A stretch of DNA of 64,000 bases from a phage. Positions 38,999 to 47,773 of the stretch are shown one piece after another. The position numbers and the translations under genes were made by a program. Every line of letters starts with the position of its first letter. Position 1 is the first letter of the stretch. Under the pieces are notes generated by a model that was not told the DNA's origin, did not search any database, and was given only the letters and a program-made list of their open reading frames with translations. Where the stretch lies: the sequence record PZ027503.1; one strand, 5' to 3'.

Positions 38999-40372
38999 TT
39001 AGTTTGCAGTACGGTTAGTCAGGACGTTGACCTGAACTTTAACGTAATGGAAGAAGCCAGCGTAAACATATTCAATCTTCATCCCATCGACCAGACGAGC
39101 ATTGATTTGCGCATCAGTCATATCAGCACGAGAAGGAATATAAACAATAGGTTTCAGATCGACACGCAAACCAGTCTCTTCAGAAGTAACAACTTCATTA
39201 GCGATGGAACCGTTGAGGATACCTACTTGGATCGGGTTAGCCAGAACAGCTTGTCGAATCAAAGCCAGACCGTTTGAAGTAGCACGAACGCCACCACCCA
39301 GCATAGACTGTTGTTTAAACAGTGTAAACAGTGATTCTTCTGTGCGAGCTTTAAACCACAAAGCATGAACAACATAGTCAACAAAGAAACCGCTAACCAT
39401 CAATCCATCACGATAGAACAGAGTTCCATGCTCTTTACGATAGATGTTGCCGTTCTGTTGAACAATATTGTTTTCCGAAGTCTGATCCAGTTTCTCGATC
39501 TCTACACCTACCAGTGTTTTACCGTGAAGAGTAGTTAAACCAGGCTGACGAGAACAGATTGCACCAACAACTGCTGCTTCTGGGAATACAGAATCTGCAT
39601 CGGTCATCCACAAAGCAAAGCAAGTGTTATTATAACCGAGGTCATTCAGTCGTTCCAGAACGTTATCTTCTGCTTTCGTTTTAATTCCAGGTTCAGAGCT
39701 AGAGAAGAAGTAAACTTTATCATTCTCTTCTACCCATGCAGCCAAAGCTAGAACATCTTCTGTTTCATGGGAATCTGAAAGGGTCCAGAACCAGCTACTA
39801 TCAATATCATGCAGAGCAGCAATATCTTCCGTAATAGCATTAGCATAGACAGTTTTTTGAGTGAAACCTGTGCTGTCAATAGAACCAAACTTACCTTCTA
39901 CTGGAGTGAAAGTCATTGCAGCGCCGTTGTTAGCTACTGTAAACAGTGGGCCATAAACAAGATCTGCATTGATCATTTCAGTCAGACCAACTACAATCTC
40001 TTGTGCAGTTGCAGTGTCATCAGCAATGAATTTAAATTCTTTTTTCTTGGTACCATTTTTGATGGTAATTGTGTAAGTTGCACTATCTTCTACGATTGGA
40101 GTTAGAGTAAAGTTTGTAACTTCACGCTTACCAACCATGACTTGATCTGGTGGGAACAAACCGTTAAACAGTTTGACTGCCATAATATACGCTGGATCAT
40201 TTAATCCATAACCTGCTTCCAAAAGTGCATCGGAAGAAGAGTAATATTGAATCGCTTCGCCAGTTACGTTCTGACCTGTAAGGATCAGGGGAATATCGAA
40301 CTGGGTTTCACGAATTGATGTAGCACCATACAGTAAAGTTACGGTTGCTACCTTTTCACGAAAAGTTGCCAT
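38999..40372 (-). CDS. putative tail sheath protein (457 aa)
   Basis: Size and position upstream of tube gene. Confidence 0.55.
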   Translation of the reverse strand: MATFREKVATVTLLYGATSIRETQFDIPLILTGQNVTGEAIQYYSSSDALLEAGYGLNDPAYIMAVKLFNGLFPPDQVMVGKREVTNFTLTPIVEDSATYTITIKNGTKKKEFKFIADDTATAQEIVVGLTEMINADLVYGPLFTVANNGAAMTFTPVEGKFGSIDSTGFTQKTVYANAITEDIAALHDIDSSWFWTLSDSHETEDVLALAAWVEENDKVYFFSSSEPGIKTKAEDNVLERLNDLGYNNTCFALWMTDADSVFPEAAVVGAICSRQPGLTTLHGKTLVGVEIEKLDQTSENNIVQQNGNIYRKEHGTLFYRDGLMVSGFFVDYVVHALWFKARTEESLFTLFKQQSMLGGGVRATSNGLALIRQAVLANPIQVGILNGSIANEVVTSEETGLRVDLKPIVYIPSRADMTDAQINARLVDGMKIEYVYAGFFHYVKVQVNVLTNRTAN

Positions 40373-40406
40373 TTATGCTCCTGTTAGAAACTTAATTCCA
40401 ATGAGT

Positions 40407-41066
40407 TTATTCGGTAGGGTTGTTAAATAATGATCCATTTTGATTAACTGACGAGTATTCGCCTGGAACCAAAGTAATTGCATAAACCCTGTTTAGAATT
40501 AAATCTAAAGGGATAGGATCATTGTAACTATCTCTGAATGAACGGATGTGCATGTTGATTGCTTCTATTGGTGTAGTAGCAATATCTTCAATACTCATAC
40601 GAGTGTTGAACGTCATAACCATACGCGCTCTTAATTCAGTCTTATCTCCGTCTACAATTGTATTGGCTTGAGCTATATTAGAGGCTCCTAAAAAACCAAG
40701 ACCTTTAGAATAGAGATGTTTGTATTTTAATTCCTCTGCACCACGGAGAGCAGCCAGAACATAGCTCATCAAAGTGGTAGGTCTTCCACGATAGGCTACA
40801 AGTTCAATCTCGTAGGTATTATCCATCTCGTAGGAATACATATCATTTTGAATAGAGCTTCGGTAAGACCAACCTCCAGAATCGCTGGAAGTGATAATAC
40901 GTAGTGCTAGGTAAGGAGTATCCGGTTTAATGAATGGCTTATCCATAACATAGACTGGCAACCCCACTAATTCTTGAAGGAAGCCACCTATATTTAAGTA
41001 GATGGCATTTTCGTATGCTTCTATTTGTTGGTAAATATTAGCCAAAGTTTCCTCCTTCTGTTCCAT
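40407..41066 (-). CDS. hypothetical head-tail joining protein (219 aa)
   Basis: ORF track; synteny. Confidence 0.45.
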   Translation of the reverse strand: MEQKEETLANIYQQIEAYENAIYLNIGGFLQELVGLPVYVMDKPFIKPDTPYLALRIITSSDSGGWSYRSSIQNDMYSYEMDNTYEIELVAYRGRPTTLMSYVLAALRGAEELKYKHLYSKGLGFLGASNIAQANTIVDGDKTELRARMVMTFNTRMSIEDIATTPIEAINMHIRSFRDSYNDPIPLDLILNRVYAITLVPGEYSSVNQNGSLFNNPTE

Positions 41067-41487
41067 AAGACCAGGAGTTGTTTTGATCGTCTAATATCGC
41101 AACACAGTGATGATGGACTAAGAAAGATGTTCTGGTCCAATCTTTAAGGGAATAAACAGAATACCATTTACCATCTATCAATATCTGATCTGATAACTGT
41201 TCTGTTCCTTGTTGTAACCCCTTCATTTCTGTTTTAGTCCAGAAACTATATTGAGCCTTAGATCTGTAACCTTCAGGTAGTGCATTCAGTGTTTTACCAG
41301 ATATCGGTTGTAAGCTTGCCGCTTCAATAGTAAATGGTTCATATTCTACACTACTTTCTAAGTTAGCAATAACTGAACCAACTGCCTCTTTGTAGACTCG
41401 TCTACGACCTTGGTATTCAGTTAGATCAAGGAGAGTAAATTGATCTAGTAACACTTGTATCTCCTTTTTAGTATACATCAAAAACAA
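41038..41487 (-). CDS. hypothetical protein (149 aa)
   Basis: ORF track. Confidence 0.45.
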   Translation of the reverse strand: MFLMYTKKEIQVLLDQFTLLDLTEYQGRRRVYKEAVGSVIANLESSVEYEPFTIEAASLQPISGKTLNALPEGYRSKAQYSFWTKTEMKGLQQGTEQLSDQILIDGKWYSVYSLKDWTRTSFLVHHHCVAILDDQNNSWSYGTEGGNFG

Positions 41488-41499
41488 AGTTTATGCAAG

Positions 41500-41988
41500 T
41501 TATTTTTTAGACTTGCTTTTTGTGATTTTTGTTTCGATTGCATTTATCATATATGCCGTATCTATTAAGATATGATTAGAATAGTTGCCTTTATCTTGTC
41601 GTATCTTAATTGTCACAGGAGATAAAGGACGATAACGTTGCATTGCAATCGCTTGAGCTATTCCTTCTCTAGAGGCTCTCGCTATAGGCTCAAAAACAGC
41701 TAATCCGACATTGTTCATTAGGTAATTTGCAAAAACCTGCTTCATCTTTTTAGCGATATTGTTCTGTGAGATAACAGCACCATCTGTTATAAAAGGACGA
41801 GCAGGTATGTTATTTGTTTCATTACCATATTGTTGAATAGCTGCTATTGCAGGAATAGTGAGATCTGATTCAGGATGCCTTTTGTTTGTTAAAAAACCAG
41901 CTTCGATTTGAACTTGTTCGAGATCCATCATCTTTTTGATAATGGTTTCCCAATCTGTATCATCACCTGGTAAGATCTCACTTTCCAT
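41500..41988 (-). CDS. hypothetical protein (162 aa)
   Basis: ORF track. Confidence 0.45.
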   Translation of the reverse strand: MESEILPGDDTDWETIIKKMMDLEQVQIEAGFLTNKRHPESDLTIPAIAAIQQYGNETNNIPARPFITDGAVISQNNIAKKMKQVFANYLMNNVGLAVFEPIARASREGIAQAIAMQRYRPLSPVTIKIRQDKGNYSNHILIDTAYMINAIETKITKSKSKK

Positions 41989-42536
41989 TATTTGTCCCTA
42001 CGATAAAAAGAAACAGGTCCGTAATTTCGCAAATAATTAACGTTGCGTGTATTACGATCAACACTTGCAACATTACCAAGACCATTCACAGAGTTAGGAT
42101 CGCTGTTTACTCGATCAATCTCACGAGCATCAACACCGCCAATAAGAACTTTACTGGTTGCCCCTCGTCCTGCCGTGCACCCAGGAATGACCATAAGACC
42201 ATTTAAATAGTTATGATAGATATCTTCCCACGGAGACTTATAAGTTACTTGACCGTTGTTAAATTTAACTTCAACTTCGACTTCACCCATCTTTTCTCTG
42301 CGGGACATAGCTCCTCCTGTTTGAGTACTATTGTTAAGAACATCGTTGTTCCATAAATACTCTAAAACAGAAATCAAGCTGTTCCACAATACTGCACACT
42401 TATCCTTATCTTCATTCCCTATAATATCAATCCAAGTTTGGATGATCTGAATCAGCATTGCATCTGGCAATACTTCTTGAGAAGGGTTATAAACAAGAAT
42501 TCGGATCAGTGGTGCCAACTCTACCGCATTCAGCAT
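41988..42536 (-). CDS. hypothetical protein (182 aa)
   Basis: ORF track. Confidence 0.45.
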   Translation of the reverse strand: MLNAVELAPLIRILVYNPSQEVLPDAMLIQIIQTWIDIIGNEDKDKCAVLWNSLISVLEYLWNNDVLNNSTQTGGAMSRREKMGEVEVEVKFNNGQVTYKSPWEDIYHNYLNGLMVIPGCTAGRGATSKVLIGGVDAREIDRVNSDPNSVNGLGNVASVDRNTRNVNYLRNYGPVSFYRRDK

Positions 42537-42545
42537 AAGCCCACC

Positions 42546-42944
42546 TTATTTTTTACGAAGGGAACGTTTTTTAGCTGGAGTGTCTACCGCTTCTACTTTT
42601 AAAACTTCTTCTTTGATTTTTACAGGTGCATAGTCTTCGTAACTTACAAGATAGTAACCCATGTGTTCTTCACTTGCAAAAGGATGCACAAGAATACCTG
42701 TTTCTTCTCTCAAACGCGTGAGGAAGTGGATGAAGTTTCCACCTAATGCAATACGACCATCTTTCAGATAGAAAGACATTGGTGGCGCAGATACTAATGT
42801 TTTATCAGCATCGATCAGTGGTGAAAGCGATTCGAAATCACGAATCATTTCGTGATAACTAAAGTAACGTTTCAATTCTGGGTTTGACATATCAATCTCC
42901 TCGTTGTAAACTCTTATTGTAAACAGAAAAGGCTCGCCCATCAC
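42546..42944 (-). CDS. hypothetical protein (132 aa)
   Basis: ORF track. Confidence 0.45.
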   Translation of the reverse strand: MMGEPFLFTIRVYNEEIDMSNPELKRYFSYHEMIRDFESLSPLIDADKTLVSAPPMSFYLKDGRIALGGNFIHFLTRLREETGILVHPFASEEHMGYYLVSYEDYAPVKIKEEVLKVEAVDTPAKKRSLRKK

Positions 42945-42955
42945 GGACGAGCCTC
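42920..42955 (-). terminator. rho-independent terminator or attenuator after major capsid gene
   Basis: AGGCTCG...CGAGCCT stem followed on the minus strand by TTTTCTGTTTAC. Confidence 0.5.
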
Positions 42956-42974
42956 TAATCTTAACAGAGTTCTA

Positions 42975-43976
42975 TTAAGCCGTAGTCAGTTTAACTACCA
43001 GTTCTGGACGGGTGTTAACTGCGAGCAGCGAGAATTCAGACTGAAGCTGAATAGTGCGGTGCTGGCTGATCATGAAGGTATACAGTTCACGAGCCTGGGT
43101 GTTAGCCAGTTCTGGAGTATCCGCAGGAGCGTAGTGCGCCTGGAACATACCTTCGATACCCATAGGCAGAACATATGCTTCACCAGCAGGGATGTTACCG
43201 TGGATATCTTCAATGTAAGTTACACCGTTCCATTCGAACACCTGAACATCCATGTTACCGCTAAGGCGATCACGCAGAAGGTTAGGAGTTCCCTGGAAAT
43301 ACTGATATGCCTGGCGAACAAATGGAGAGTTAACCAGAGATGCGAAAAATTCACGAGAACACAGAGCTACGATACGAGTAGCGGTAGAGCCATCTTGTTT
43401 AGTATCGATGATGTAAGCACGAGCTTCTTTCTCGATAGTGGCTGCTGGAGAAACAGTGGTAGAAGCAAAGTCTACAGCAACAGATTTCTGGGTAGCACCC
43501 CATTCGGTATACCAGTTGTATGCAGAGTTAGCTGCACCACCTACGCCGTTATAGGCACGACCCATAACTGCTTCTGCAAAGATTTTCTCTTTGGTTTTTG
43601 CTACGTCACGCAGAATCTGGGACATATAGCGGTTAACAACTTCAGCGTCTGTGCGCAGAGAGTCATTGATTCCTGCCATTGCAAAGCTACGGAAAGATTG
43701 AATATCTTGAGCTTTGATGTTTTTATCCAGAGGGAAGAACGGAATGCGGAACGCTTTCAGTTCTGGATTTTTCATGCTCAGGAAGTTACGCTCACCACCA
43801 CGCTCACGAGCGGAGATCAGAGCATCTTCAGCTTTTTCTTTACCGATTTCAATAGCGGTAGTTGAATGATAGTCAACACTGAACAGATTCAGGCTGGCAA
43901 TCAGTGTATCAGGGGAATCCTGAAGTTCGATCATAGGGCTGAAATCTACAACCTGATCTAAAATTACTGCTGGCAT
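42975..43976 (-). CDS. major capsid protein
   Basis: 333 aa; position between scaffold/decoration genes and head-tail genes; strongest terminator downstream. Confidence 0.65.
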   Translation of the reverse strand: MPAVILDQVVDFSPMIELQDSPDTLIASLNLFSVDYHSTTAIEIGKEKAEDALISARERGGERNFLSMKNPELKAFRIPFFPLDKNIKAQDIQSFRSFAMAGINDSLRTDAEVVNRYMSQILRDVAKTKEKIFAEAVMGRAYNGVGGAANSAYNWYTEWGATQKSVAVDFASTTVSPAATIEKEARAYIIDTKQDGSTATRIVALCSREFFASLVNSPFVRQAYQYFQGTPNLLRDRLSGNMDVQVFEWNGVTYIEDIHGNIPAGEAYVLPMGIEGMFQAHYAPADTPELANTQARELYTFMISQHRTIQLQSEFSLLAVNTRPELVVKLTTA

Positions 43977-43997
43977 TATATTAATCTCCTATTAAAA

Positions 43998-44396
43998 TTA
44001 AGAAGTGAAAACGACTTTTTCGGTCAGTTTCAGATCATGTGTTTCCAGTGCTGCTACGCCAGCGTCATCTACCAGGGAGCCATCTTTGTAGTATACTGCA
44101 AAGCGGTTCAGAGTAAGATCACGTACGCCAACAACTGCGGTGAAAGTGTCACCTACTGCTACATCGTCAATACCGAACAGAGCATCAGTCCAAATCAGAA
44201 CTTTAGCAGCATCGGCAGCTTCAGCTTTAGCAGCTTCAGTGTTGTCAGCTTTCAGGATAGAACCAATTTTCATGGTTGCTGTTTTAACCAGGTTAACTTC
44301 ACGTACACAGTGTCCAAGGTCAGAGCTAAACACTCCACCCAGAACCAGGTGTCCGAATTCCTGGCGAGAGTTAGATAAAGTAATTCCTTTAGCCAT
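43998..44396 (-). CDS. putative head decoration / capsid accessory protein (132 aa)
   Basis: Small protein immediately upstream of capsid gene. Confidence 0.4.
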   Translation of the reverse strand: MAKGITLSNSRQEFGHLVLGGVFSSDLGHCVREVNLVKTATMKIGSILKADNTEAAKAEAADAAKVLIWTDALFGIDDVAVGDTFTAVVGVRDLTLNRFAVYYKDGSLVDDAGVAALETHDLKLTEKVVFTS

Positions 44397-44415
44397 TTAA
44401 TTTAATCTCCTAAGA

Positions 44416-45531
44416 TTATTGTTTCTGGGCTTTTTTAAGTTCAGCAGCTTTCTGACTAATCAGTTCAGAAGAAGATTTAGCTACAGGTTGAGTATTGATC
44501 ACGTCAACACCACGTTCTGTTCCAAATTCTTTCTTAACTGCGTCCACTTCTGCACGTGCTTTTTCGAATGCTTTGACGATAGTTTCAGCGATATCTTTAT
44601 TGTCTACCAGATATTTAACGAGAGCTTCAACTTTGTCTTCTTCTACGAAAGAATAGGATTTAACAACAGTTGTATATTCTTCTTCGATACGAGCTTGTTC
44701 AGCTTTACGAAGTTCTTCTGCTTCCTGTTCTGCCTTAGCGATTTTTTCCTGTGCTTCAAGTTCTGCGGCTGCACGTGCATCTGCTGCTGCTTTTTCTACA
44801 GCTTCAGCGATCTGTGCTTTCATCAGTTCTTGGAATTCAGCAGATTTCAGGAATTCTTCTTTGTTGATATTTTCCAAAGGGGTTTCTCCTTTATTGATTC
44901 CAGTTGTGTTTGCAGATTTATCACCTGCGGGGTTAGCCTCTGCATCCACAGAGTTTGTATTAGCTTTAGCGTGAGCTTTCACTAAATAATCTTTAACTTG
45001 ACTTTGTTTCAAGGAACTCTTAACGAGATTACTCAAAGCATCGTCTAAAACGTCCTCAAAGAAATCAATGGAGATCATTACATCACCATCAACAACTTGA
45101 TAATCAGTAACACGAACAACAGGTTTAGCAACCTCTTCAACTTCAACATTCAGTCCGTCAACTTTAAAGCCAACAGAGAACATACCGTTATCTGAACAGA
45201 AAATTGCAACGTTCGCATCGAAGTCAGCATCAATAACGTAAACCCAATCCCAACCAGCTTCAAATTTTTCACGCACTTTTTCAGAAATGCGATCCATCAC
45301 TTGTTGAATATAGCTTTTACGTAACTCTGTAACATCTTCTCCCATTTTAGTGAGAGCTTCTAACTTTTCAAAAGTTATGTCTGGAGATCCGTCTGACTTA
45401 AATAAAAGGGGGGTATTATAACCAGATGCCGCTCCACCTTGAAAATCAAAAGTGTAAGCAATATGAGCACCTAGTGACTCTTCCGTAGCTTTTCCTGAAA
45501 AGTCTACGTTAGTTAAATATGTATTTGCCAC
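44416..45531 (-). CDS. putative scaffolding protein
   Basis: 371 aa; Ala/Glu/Lys-rich coiled coil (AAELEAQEKIAKAEQEAEELRKAEQARIEEE); precedes capsid gene. Confidence 0.55.
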   Translation of the reverse strand: MANTYLTNVDFSGKATEESLGAHIAYTFDFQGGAASGYNTPLLFKSDGSPDITFEKLEALTKMGEDVTELRKSYIQQVMDRISEKVREKFEAGWDWVYVIDADFDANVAIFCSDNGMFSVGFKVDGLNVEVEEVAKPVVRVTDYQVVDGDVMISIDFFEDVLDDALSNLVKSSLKQSQVKDYLVKAHAKANTNSVDAEANPAGDKSANTTGINKGETPLENINKEEFLKSAEFQELMKAQIAEAVEKAAADARAAAELEAQEKIAKAEQEAEELRKAEQARIEEEYTTVVKSYSFVEEDKVEALVKYLVDNKDIAETIVKAFEKARAEVDAVKKEFGTERGVDVINTQPVAKSSSELISQKAAELKKAQKQ

Positions 45532-45533
45532 GA

Positions 45534-46013
45534 TTAGTCCTTCTTGACTTTAACGCCCATTGCGCCTATACTCAAACCTTTAAGAACGCCGTCTTTACGA
45601 GCTTGATATAATTCAGGGTCGTTGAATTGGATTTTAACGAGGGGAGTTCCTTCCACAACGAGTTCGTCACCAATGTAACAATCGACTTCATTTACCCAAG
45701 CTTTAATTGGAGCAAACTTATCGGTGTTCTTCATGTGACCAAGATTACCGCTAATATTGGTAATATTCTCATTGAAGTTGTCAACCATCTTCCTGATTTC
45801 CAAATCAGACATGCGCTCTCCGTGGAGATCGTCTTCTTCAGGTGGACAATACAAGACCTCAATAACCTGCATCTTTTCTTCATCAAATTTATTTTGTTTG
45901 ACTAGAGTTTCAGGTTTTTGAGATGGTATAGAATCTTGTTGGGATTCAGAATTCTCTTTAAAACCAGCGAAGGTTTTGAAGAGTTCCCACAGTGTATCTT
46001 TATTGAGTTCCAT
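45534..46013 (-). CDS. hypothetical head morphogenesis protein (159 aa)
   Basis: ORF track; between portal and scaffold genes. Confidence 0.4.
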   Translation of the reverse strand: MELNKDTLWELFKTFAGFKENSESQQDSIPSQKPETLVKQNKFDEEKMQVIEVLYCPPEEDDLHGERMSDLEIRKMVDNFNENITNISGNLGHMKNTDKFAPIKAWVNEVDCYIGDELVVEGTPLVKIQFNDPELYQARKDGVLKGLSIGAMGVKVKKD

Positions 46014-46049
46014 TTGAAACCTCTTAAAAACAGATATCCCATAAATCTT

Positions 46050-46078
46050 AGTCTACAGGATATTTGTTGTTTTGTCAA
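46050..46078 (-). promoter_or_regulatory. sigma70-like promoter on minus strand
   Basis: TTGACA - 17 nt - TAGACT read on the minus strand; upstream of gene starting at 46013. Confidence 0.4.
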
Positions 46079-46106
46079 TAGAAAAATTAAAAAATATTAA
46101 ATATTT

Positions 46107-47672
46107 TTAATTCGACAGGTTTTGTGCTGAAGGATCTAGAGCAGAAACAGTATCAGACGTTCCAGTTCCCGCTGTAGCTAAACCATCTCCTGATCGTGAA
46201 GTTTTGTCAGGCATATAGTTATCCATGAATTCAAAGAATTTCTCTTTATTGGCAACAATATCATCAGGGATGCGATATTCAAAACCAATTTTTTCAAGAA
46301 ACTCGTTAATAACTTCTGGGGTTAAAGGTATCGCACCAGAGGCTACCAACTGCTGAATAGCTTTAGCATTTACTTCAATATCAGGATCACCCATTTCACC
46401 ACTGACAAACTTAGGCATATCTTCATCAGAAAGGAAGATATTGTTTAGTCGTAGTGTTTGAGGGATCAGTTGAGAGTTTATAGCTTCTACAACAATATCT
46501 ACATCTCGCTCAATAAAATGAGACAATAGTGTTTGTTTGTTGTCAGAAAGCGCAAAACTTCCTGCATCACCATCACCCATAATCAACACACCCGCACCAA
46601 AGCGGTTATAAATATCCAGTTTACGTTGTTTGATTAGTGCTTGAGTGTCAAACTGTTTACCCGTGCCATCAACACCTTGGAATACAAGATCGTATTGACG
46701 CATCACTGTGCCTTCATAAACGTCTGAAGGCAACACCATGTAGGCTTGCTCACCAGAGTGCAGGTTAGCGATGTTGGCTTGGAGAACTCGAAGAGATTGT
46801 GCTTCATCCCCCGCAGGATCTAAAGATGCCCTGTTTAGAATGTCACTTGGAACCTTAAGAACTGGCATACCGCCTAAATCTTTAGATACCCCAATAACCT
46901 CAAATTCCTGAATAAGAGATTTTTCACGCCAGCTACGATATACAGCTAACAGCGGACTAACTCCTAATGGGTTATTCTCTGTAATGTTGCTACCAACAAA
47001 TAAAACTTTACTGAAAGGAATTTCTTTAATACCCGTTTCTAAAGTTGTATTACCTGGAGCTAACATCGTATTGGTGATATTCTGGTTAACAGATAGAATA
47101 GAACGTCCGTCTGCCGAATATGTAAAAGGTTGAGCCATGTGAAGAGTGTCTTGTGGTCTAAAAGCCAATTTGGTCAATCGCCAATACCCAAAGTAAGGAC
47201 TTTTAGGATCTTCATCCAACTCATAAACTTTCTCTGCGAATGCAAAACCATATTGCTTATATGTCAAAAGTGATCTAACATATTGACGTAGAGGGGCTTG
47301 CATATTGCGTAACATGTAATCAATAAACTTAGCAGCTTTTCTTGACTTTGCCGAGTTTACATTGTATTTTATCTTGAAATCAAAGAATGCTCTATCTACA
47401 AAGATATATGTAGCGTCAAGAGCAGTAGCTACATCAGGGTCTTCACCCATCTCTTTAAAAGTGCGAATACATTCTGGGAAACGAGTCTCATAAGGTTGCA
47501 TGAAATTCGTAAATGCTTTGATTGAGTTTAATCCGATCGTTCCTATTTCAGGTGACAGGAGTAACGTTTTCTCTTTCTCTGCTTCTTTTGTTGGAGAGAG
47601 AGCAGCTTTATTTGCAGCACCTTTGTCCCAGTATTCTGACTTTTTAGTGTACGTTCTTTTTCCTGTTGACAC
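46107..47672 (-). CDS. portal protein
   Basis: 521 aa; immediately downstream of large terminase. Confidence 0.6.
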   Translation of the reverse strand: MSTGKRTYTKKSEYWDKGAANKAALSPTKEAEKEKTLLLSPEIGTIGLNSIKAFTNFMQPYETRFPECIRTFKEMGEDPDVATALDATYIFVDRAFFDFKIKYNVNSAKSRKAAKFIDYMLRNMQAPLRQYVRSLLTYKQYGFAFAEKVYELDEDPKSPYFGYWRLTKLAFRPQDTLHMAQPFTYSADGRSILSVNQNITNTMLAPGNTTLETGIKEIPFSKVLFVGSNITENNPLGVSPLLAVYRSWREKSLIQEFEVIGVSKDLGGMPVLKVPSDILNRASLDPAGDEAQSLRVLQANIANLHSGEQAYMVLPSDVYEGTVMRQYDLVFQGVDGTGKQFDTQALIKQRKLDIYNRFGAGVLIMGDGDAGSFALSDNKQTLLSHFIERDVDIVVEAINSQLIPQTLRLNNIFLSDEDMPKFVSGEMGDPDIEVNAKAIQQLVASGAIPLTPEVINEFLEKIGFEYRIPDDIVANKEKFFEFMDNYMPDKTSRSGDGLATAGTGTSDTVSALDPSAQNLSN

Positions 47673-47773
47673 TTGTTCCTCCAGTCAGGTATAAAATCGT
47701 TAAGGCAAGGCTGTATTATATACAACCTCACCTATCTAGTTATAATACACTTTAAAGTGACTTTTGTCAACAA

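Noticed and set aside
43059-43865. 268-aa plus-strand ORF (and similar ones at 44419-44985 plus strand and 11283-11825 minus strand)
   Set aside because: Each lies antisense to a well-supported gene (capsid, scaffold, SSB), has low-complexity Phe/Cys/Ser-rich composition and no ribosome-binding site; treated as antisense artefacts.
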